A DNA stretch of 64,000 nucleotides from an uncultured Gammaproteobacteria bacterium (GTDB lineage: Bacteria > Patescibacteriota > Patescibacteriia > 2-01-FULL-39-33). The stretch covers positions 15,419 through 79,418 of the forward strand of contig CAZHYS010000003.1 in the NCBI GenBank assembly GCA_964536975.1. The letters are read 5' to 3'. Of this stretch, positions 58,094-64,000 are shown one piece after another (positions within the stretch are counted from its first letter, which is position 1; each line of letters opens with the position of its first letter). The notes beneath the pieces were generated by a model, which saw nothing but the letters and a program-made list of their open reading frames with translations, searched no databases and was not told the DNA's origin. The translations under genes and the position numbers were made by a program.

Positions 58094-59596
58094 ATGAAAA
58101 AGACCAAGATCGTCGCGACGATTGGCCCGGTTTCGGAAACCAAGACGATGATGGAAAAAATGATCAAAGCAGGGATGAATGTCGCCCGGCTTAATTTTTC
58201 CCATGGCACTTACAAGCACCATCAGATGCTCATCAACAATCTTCGCGCCGTCGCCAAAAGATGCAACGATAATATCGCGATCATCCAGGATTTGCAGGGC
58301 CCGCGCATCCGTATCGGCAGTGTCGCCGAGGAGGGAATCAAAGTTGATGAAGGCGAGGAAATTTCATTGGTGCCGGAAAATTATGTCGTGCCGATAAAAG
58401 CGTTGAGCTTGTACATCCCGATTCAGTATCCCGATCTTTATAAAGAAGTCAAAGTCGGTCACCCCATTCTCATTGACGACGCGACGATTGAACTGGAGGT
58501 CGTCAAAATAAAAAATCGCGCCATCAATTGCCGGGTGGTGACCGGCGGCGTCATCAAGACGCACAAGGGCATGAATTTTCCCAAATCCACGATCAAATGT
58601 CCCCCGATTACCGCCAAGGATTGGCAGGATGTGGAGTTCGGCATCAAGAACAAAGTGGATTTCATCGCTTTGTCTTTTGTCAAAGATGCGGCCGACATCG
58701 TCAAACTGCGGAAAAAGATTTTTCTTTTGGAAAAAAAATATTGGAAAGGCGGCAACGGCTACGGTTTCAAATTGGAAAAGCCGACTGCCAAAGGCAAGGT
58801 CGGCGGCGTGCATACGCGGATAATCGCCAAGATAGAACGGCGGGAAGCGATCAAAAACATGGACTCTATTTTGGAAGCAGCTGACGGCATTATGGTCGCC
58901 CGCGGCGATTTGGGCATTGAAGTGCCGTTTGAAAATCTGCCGCTGATTCAGAAGAGCGTCATTGATAAGTGCCGCAAGGCCGGCAAACAGGTGATTGTCG
59001 CTACCCAGATGCTTGATTCTATGATCAGAAATCCGCTTCCTACTCGCGCTGAAGTGTCTGATGTCGCCAACGCGATTTTGGACGGCACGGATGCGATCAT
59101 GCTCTCTGGCGAGACGGCCAGCGGCAAATATCCGCTCAAGGCTGTGCAGGCAATGACTCGGATTGCCGGCGAAGTGGAGAGCCGGCTGATCGCCGAGCAG
59201 GAAGTCAAAGAAGGCGAGTTCAAAAATCTCAATTCCATCACTCAAATAATGAGCTTTGTCGCTCAAGACTTGGCCGAAGACGTCGCTCATGCCAAATTGA
59301 TTGTCTGCGCGACCACCTCCGGCTTTACCGCCCGAAACATTTCCCGTTTTCGCTCCGAGGTGCCGATAGTGGCTATCGCGCCGGCTCAGACGACGGTCAA
59401 TCAGTTGAGTTTGAGCTGGGGAGTCAAGGCGTATCTGGTGCCGTTTACCGCGTCATTCAATTCATTGCTGACAAAAATAAAAAAACTTCTTTTGAACAAG
59501 AAATTGGTGGAAAATGGCGAGACGATTATCGTTGTCGCCGGCCATCCATTCGGTTTCAAAGGCCAGACGAATTTGATAAAAGTGGAGGAGGTCTGA
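58094..59596 (+). CDS. pyk: Pyruvate kinase
   Basis: KTKIVATIGP, RLNFSHG, MVARGDLG, ATQMLDSM, MLSGETA. Confidence 0.96.
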   Translation: MKKTKIVATIGPVSETKTMMEKMIKAGMNVARLNFSHGTYKHHQMLINNLRAVAKRCNDNIAIIQDLQGPRIRIGSVAEEGIKVDEGEEISLVPENYVVPIKALSLYIPIQYPDLYKEVKVGHPILIDDATIELEVVKIKNRAINCRVVTGGVIKTHKGMNFPKSTIKCPPITAKDWQDVEFGIKNKVDFIALSFVKDAADIVKLRKKIFLLEKKYWKGGNGYGFKLEKPTAKGKVGGVHTRIIAKIERREAIKNMDSILEAADGIMVARGDLGIEVPFENLPLIQKSVIDKCRKAGKQVIVATQMLDSMIRNPLPTRAEVSDVANAILDGTDAIMLSGETASGKYPLKAVQAMTRIAGEVESRLIAEQEVKEGEFKNLNSITQIMSFVAQDLAEDVAHAKLIVCATTSGFTARNISRFRSEVPIVAIAPAQTTVNQLSLSWGVKAYLVPFTASFNSLLTKIKKLLLNKKLVENGETIIVVAGHPFGFKGQTNLIKVEEV

Positions 59597-59661
59597 AAAT
59601 AGCTAATCAGCTGTTTAGCTTATTAGCTTGTTAGTTGCTTAGCTTTTTAGATTAATTAAAA

Positions 59662-60018
59662 ATGATAAACAGTTACAAAGATTTGATAGTTTGGCAAAAA
59701 GCCATGGATTTGGTTGTTGCTATTTATAGTTTAACTGAAAAATTTCCTTCTTCGGAGGCTTATAATCTAACTTCTCAAATTAGACGTTCGGCCGTATCAA
59801 TTCCTTCAAATATAGCAGAGGGCAGAAGAAGGTCTGGAGTTAATGAATTTCGCCATTTTTTATTTATTGCTTACGCTTCCGGAGCGGAATTGGAAACACA
59901 GATTGAGATAGCCAGGCGGCTGTCTTTTGGAAAAAACCTTGATTTTAATAAAGTCGATGAATTATTAAATGAAGTAATGAAAATGCTCAATAAAATAATT
60001 GGCACTCTTCAATCCTAA
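59662..60018 (+). CDS. Four-helix-bundle protein (23S rRNA IVP / TIGR02436, Avd-like fold)
   Basis: YKDLIVWQKA, FPSSE.YNLTSQIRRSAVSIPSNIAEG, ELETQI. Confidence 0.92.
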   Translation: MINSYKDLIVWQKAMDLVVAIYSLTEKFPSSEAYNLTSQIRRSAVSIPSNIAEGRRRSGVNEFRHFLFIAYASGAELETQIEIARRLSFGKNLDFNKVDELLNEVMKMLNKIIGTLQS

Positions 60019-60045
60019 TCAGCTAAAAAGCTAATCAGCTAAAAT

Positions 60046-62421
60046 ATGTCTAAAAATATTCTTTGGTTCAAAGAAGTCGGCATCAAGGATGTCGGCAAGG
60101 TCGGCGGTAAAAACGCTTCTTTGGGTGAAATGTATCGTAAACTTACGCCCAAAGGTGTCGCCATTCCCAATGGTTTTGCTATCACTGCCGGCGCCTACAA
60201 TCATTTTTTGGATCGGGCCAAAATTCGCCGCCCGATTTTTGCTTTGCTCAAAGGTATTAGCAAAGATAATTTGAGCGATCGCGGCCGCAAAATTCGGGAA
60301 ATTATTTTGAGCTCGCGTCTGCCAGCGGATTTGGAAGAAGAAATCGCCGCCGCTTATGGCCGCCTTTCGGCCGGCTATAAAATGTCCGCCGCCGATGTCG
60401 CGGTCCGTTCGTCGGCGACAGCCGAAGATTTGCCGAACGCTTCCTTTGCCGGCCAGCAAGAATCATATCTTAATATCGTCGGTGAAAAAAATCTATTGGA
60501 AGCGGTCAAAAAATGTTTTGCTTCGCTATTTACTGATCGGGCGATTTCCTATCGGATGGATCAAGGATTCAATCATAAAAAAGTTTATCTCTCGGTTTGC
60601 GTCCAGAAGATGATCCGTTCGGACTTGGCGACTTCCGGCGTGATGTTTACCATTGACACCGAGAGCGGCAATAGCAATGTCATCCTCATTAATGCCGCCT
60701 ACGGCCTGGGCGAGTATGTCGTCAAAGGCGTGGTCAATCCCGATGAGTATTATGTTTTCAAAGGAACTCTGGCCAAAGGATATCAGCCGATTATTTCCCA
60801 TCAGGCTGGCGACAAAGCAAAGAAGCTGGTTTACAACTCTGGCGATGGCGAACCGACCAAATCTTTGCCGGTGCCGAAAAATTTGCGGCGCCGTTATGCT
60901 TTGTCTGACAAAGAAATACTCCAGCTTGCCAAGTGGGGGATGGTGATTGAAAAACATTATGGCCGGCCGATGGATATTGAATGGGCCAAAGATGGTCGAA
61001 CAAAAAAATTGTTCATCGTCCAGGCGCGGCCGGAAACAGTCGGCTCGCAAAAGGATCCCAACACCCTGGAAGAGTACAAACTGGATTTATCGGGCAAGGT
61101 GTTGTTTACCGGCGACAGTGTCGGCATGCGAATCGGACAAGGCAAGGTGCGGGTAATAAAAAATGTCAATCAGCTTCATACTTTCAAAGATGGCGAAGTG
61201 CTGGTCGCGCCAATGACTGATCCGGACTGGGAGCCGGTGATGAAAAAAGCGGCGGCGATTGTCACTGATAGCGGTGGTAGGACGTGCCACGCGGCCATAG
61301 TGTCGCGCGAGCTGGGCGTGCCGTGTGTGGTCGGCACCGGCCGGGCGAGCAAGGAAATCAGAAACGGCAAAGAGATTACCGTCTCTTGCGCCGAGGGTGA
61401 AATCGGCAAAGTGTATTCCGGCTTGCTCAAATACAGTGTCAAAAGAACCAACTTGAAAAAGCTGCCTCGCCCCAAAACCAAGATCATGATGAATGTCGGC
61501 AATCCGTACGCCGCGCTGTCTTTCACTTTTATTCCCAACGACGGCGTCGGCCTGGCGCGGGAAGAATTCATCATTACCAATTACATCAAGGTCCATCCGC
61601 TGGCGCTGTTGAATTTTTCCAAAATCAAAACCGCCAAAACAAAAAAGATTATTGAAGCGCTCACTGTCAATCATCCTAAGAAGTCCGATTTTTTCGTGGA
61701 TAAGCTGGCCGAAGGCGTGGGCATGATTGCCGCCGCTTTTTATCCCAAGGATGTCATTATCCGTTTGTCCGATTTCAAATCCAACGAGTATGCCAATCTG
61801 GTCGGCGGCGATGAATTTGAGCCGCAAGAGCCGAACCCGATGATCGGCTGGCGCGGCGCTTCGCGCTACTATGCCGACAAATACAAGGCCGCGTTTGTCT
61901 TGGAGTGCCAGGCGCTCAAAAAAGCTCGTGAGGAATTCGGCCTCAAGAATATCAAGATAATGATCCCATTCTGTCGGACCGTGGAAGAAGGGAAAAAAGT
62001 GATAAAAATAATGGCGGAGAACGGACTTAGGCAAGGCAAGGAGGGACTGGAAGTCTATGTGATGTGCGAAATTCCGTCCAACGTGATTTTGGCTGAAGAA
62101 TTTTCGGATATTTTTGACGGCTTCTCCATCGGCTCAAATGATTTGACGCAGTTGACACTCGGCGTAGACAGGGATTCGGAATTGGTCGCTCATATTTATA
62201 ATGAAAAAAATCAAGCGGTCAAAAATTTGATTTCTCAAGTGATTAGAGTCGCCAAAAAACGCAAACGGAAAATCGGTATTTGCGGCCAGGCGCCGTCGGA
62301 TTTTCCGGACTTTGCTCAATTTTTGGTGCGGGAAGGGATAGATAGCATGTCGCTCGTGCCGGACACAGTCGTCAAAACGACCCTCGCTGTTCTGGCGCAA
62401 GAGAAGAAGGTGAGAAGATAA
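60046..62421 (+). CDS. ppsA: Phosphoenolpyruvate synthase
   Basis: VGGKNASLGEM, AVRSSATAED, GGRTCHAAIVSRE, FSIGSNDLTQ. Confidence 0.96.
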   Translation: MSKNILWFKEVGIKDVGKVGGKNASLGEMYRKLTPKGVAIPNGFAITAGAYNHFLDRAKIRRPIFALLKGISKDNLSDRGRKIREIILSSRLPADLEEEIAAAYGRLSAGYKMSAADVAVRSSATAEDLPNASFAGQQESYLNIVGEKNLLEAVKKCFASLFTDRAISYRMDQGFNHKKVYLSVCVQKMIRSDLATSGVMFTIDTESGNSNVILINAAYGLGEYVVKGVVNPDEYYVFKGTLAKGYQPIISHQAGDKAKKLVYNSGDGEPTKSLPVPKNLRRRYALSDKEILQLAKWGMVIEKHYGRPMDIEWAKDGRTKKLFIVQARPETVGSQKDPNTLEEYKLDLSGKVLFTGDSVGMRIGQGKVRVIKNVNQLHTFKDGEVLVAPMTDPDWEPVMKKAAAIVTDSGGRTCHAAIVSRELGVPCVVGTGRASKEIRNGKEITVSCAEGEIGKVYSGLLKYSVKRTNLKKLPRPKTKIMMNVGNPYAALSFTFIPNDGVGLAREEFIITNYIKVHPLALLNFSKIKTAKTKKIIEALTVNHPKKSDFFVDKLAEGVGMIAAAFYPKDVIIRLSDFKSNEYANLVGGDEFEPQEPNPMIGWRGASRYYADKYKAAFVLECQALKKAREEFGLKNIKIMIPFCRTVEEGKKVIKIMAENGLRQGKEGLEVYVMCEIPSNVILAEEFSDIFDGFSIGSNDLTQLTLGVDRDSELVAHIYNEKNQAVKNLISQVIRVAKKRKRKIGICGQAPSDFPDFAQFLVREGIDSMSLVPDTVVKTTLAVLAQEKKVRR

Positions 62422-62427
62422 AATTAG

Positions 62428-62820
62428 TTTATAAAGTCTATAAAGTTCATAAAGTTTGTAAAGTCAGGAACTAGGAGTTAGGAATTAGCGTTTAGCGATT
62501 AGGGGAAAATGCAATAATTATAAAGTCAAAAGCCTATAAAGTTCGTAAAGCTTGTGGTGAGCGAAGTCGAACCATCGGATGTAGTGGCGGGTAGCGGTTC
62601 CCCCTCCTGGTCAGGAGGAGGGGGATAGGGGGAGGTTGGGAAGGGATATTTCCGACAATGCCCCCGCTCGATTCGTAGAGACGCGATTCATCGCGTCTAT
62701 AGTAGAGATGTTCCGATCCCGAGGACTCGGAAGGGGCGCCTCTTTTTGTTTATGGTTGGGGATTTCTTAGGGATGGGGCTCTTGTCTCGCCGTAGCTTAT
62801 GCGAAGGCGGATGCCCCCGT
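62428..62820. repeat. Composite repeat module after ppsA
   Basis: Same order of elements as 41092-41260, plus a GCCGTAGC-type palindrome at 62781-62810. Confidence 0.7.
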
Positions 62821-62984
62821 CTGGTTTGACTTTTGATTGTTTTCGCGTTATGATTATATTTACGAAAAAAAGAGGAGGATGAGAATTGGAGGATAATAAG
62901 TCTCCGCCCAATCCAATAAAAGAGTCGAGTAGATTTATTTAGTTTTGGGGTATAAGGCAATGAGAAGTGAGAAAGGATGACACG

Positions 62985-63197
62985 ATGGGATTTACGGTCA
63001 CAGTTCTCGGAGAAGAAACGGAGGAACGATTTGAAGGATTTGCCAACCGGAAGGAGGCCGGAGAATTCGCGGGTCCGCATATTGAAATGGGACATCGTTT
63101 CAAAGTCAGGAGAGCTTCGAGAACAAAGAGTCCTTTCGGAAAACACGGGCGACGAACCAGAGTTTGTCATCGTCGTCCCGTGACGAATTGTAAGTAG
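62985..63197 (+). CDS. Small hypothetical protein
   Basis: Promoter TTGACT-17-TATGAT (62826-62854), SD AAAGGA, terminator cccgcccgg/ccgggcggg plus T-run. Confidence 0.45.
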   Translation: MGFTVTVLGEETEERFEGFANRKEAGEFAGPHIEMGHRFKVRRASRTKSPFGKHGRRTRVCHRRPVTNCK

Positions 63198-63242
63198 TTT
63201 TTCCCGCCCGGGTAAGGTGTCCGGGCGGGTCTTTTTTTACTT

Positions 63243-63590
63243 TGTCATCCCGAGCAGGGCCGAGGGATCCCTCCACTCCGCCTCCGGCTCCGGTCGGGAT
63301 GACATAATTTTTGATTGCCTCGCCACGGTTCCACCAGAGGCGGACAAGCGGTCGCCCGAGGCTTTCGCCGTGGCGGACATGGCAATTCCATTTTCATCTT
63401 GTCATTGCGAGCGACCGTGAGGGAGTGTGGCAATCCCACATTGATTAATGGTGACTTTTTTAAAACATGGGATCGTCACGTCCGCCACAGCGGACTCGCG
63501 ATGACACAGTATTCCGAGTATCTCAACACAGACGCGATAAATCGCGTCTCTACGGATTTCTATTCCGAGTTACGAGTCGCGAGTTACGAG
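63243..63590. repeat. GTCATCCCG/GTCATTGCG-type and GTAG-type palindromic elements
   Basis: tgtcatcccga..tcgggatgaca; gtcattgcgag..gcaatc; gacgcgat/atcgcgtctctac. Confidence 0.7.
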
Positions 63591-63638
63591 CCCCAAATAG
63601 ATTTTGACTTTCCTTTCTCATCCGCCTATCATAAAAGT

Positions 63639-64000
63639 ATGAATTTCTTGCATACATTTGACCCGCAGCCGATTTTTTTGTCGCTCGGACCAATTGCCAT
63701 CCGCTGGTACGGCGTGTTTATCGTGGCAGGGATTCTGGCTGGGCTGATGTTCGCCTTGTGTTTGGCTCGCCGCCGGCAAATCCCTTCTGACGATGTCTAT
63801 GACTTGGCGCTCGGTCTCATTATCTCCGGCATTATCGGCGCACGGCTGTATGAAGTATTATTTATTGAGCCGCTTTACTATTGGCACAATCCGCTCTCGG
63901 TTTTAAAAATCTGGCAAGGCGGTTTGGCGATTCACGGCGCGCTTGCTGGCGGAATTATTTTTTTGTTTTTCTTTTGTCGCCGGAAGAAGATCTCTTTTTG
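63639..64000 (+). CDS. lgt: Prolipoprotein diacylglyceryl transferase, 3'-truncated by the window edge
   Basis: GPIAIRWYG, GIIGARLY, IWQGGLAIHG. Confidence 0.92.
   Translation, partial: MNFLHTFDPQPIFLSLGPIAIRWYGVFIVAGILAGLMFALCLARRRQIPSDDVYDLALGLIISGIIGARLYEVLFIEPLYYWHNPLSVLKIWQGGLAIHGALAGGIIFLFFFCRRKKISF

Noticed and set aside
59662-60018. Diversity-generating retroelement (avd) or rRNA intervening sequence
   Set aside because: No reverse transcriptase, TR/VR pair or rRNA sequence in the window
58364-62034. Long antisense ORFs opposite pyk and ppsA (similar ones opposite groEL and pnp)
   Set aside because: Shadow frames expected from codon bias in conserved genes

Overview
Bacterial chromosomal window whose gene content and style (PilT, ComM, LysM-M23, Pif1-type helicase, DHH-like protein, CPR-type surface proteins, mostly SD-less starts) suggest a Patescibacteria/CPR (Parcubacteria-like) genome; this placement is inferred. 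Housekeeping genes include ymdB, HU, pilT, rnc, nusB, rpmF, an RluA-family synthase, a CCA-adding enzyme, valS, tyrS, rpsO, pnp, dksA/traR-like, lspA, comM, CIRCE-groES-groEL, sppA, pyk, ppsA and lgt. Seven tRNAs are present, all on the minus strand and none encoding CCA: Lys-CTT, Arg-TCG, Val-GAC, Ile-TAT, His-GTG, Arg-CCG, Arg-TCT. The most unusual features are: (1) tRNA loci remodelled into arrays of tRNA fragments, pseudo-tRNAs and nested palindromic elements; (2) several palindromic and 7-9 nt repeat families that also sit in-frame inside genes; (3) a restriction-modification locus with a DUF262 + HEPN pair nested between its MTase and specificity genes, bracketed by 24-bp inverted repeats; (4) a long structured leader with alternative pairings upstream of the dksA/traR-like gene; (5) a four-helix-bundle (IVP/Avd-like) gene flanked by inverted octamer arrays between pyk and ppsA. 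No CRISPR array, rRNA, transposase or integrase was recognised. All calls come from reading motifs by eye, with no database searches.
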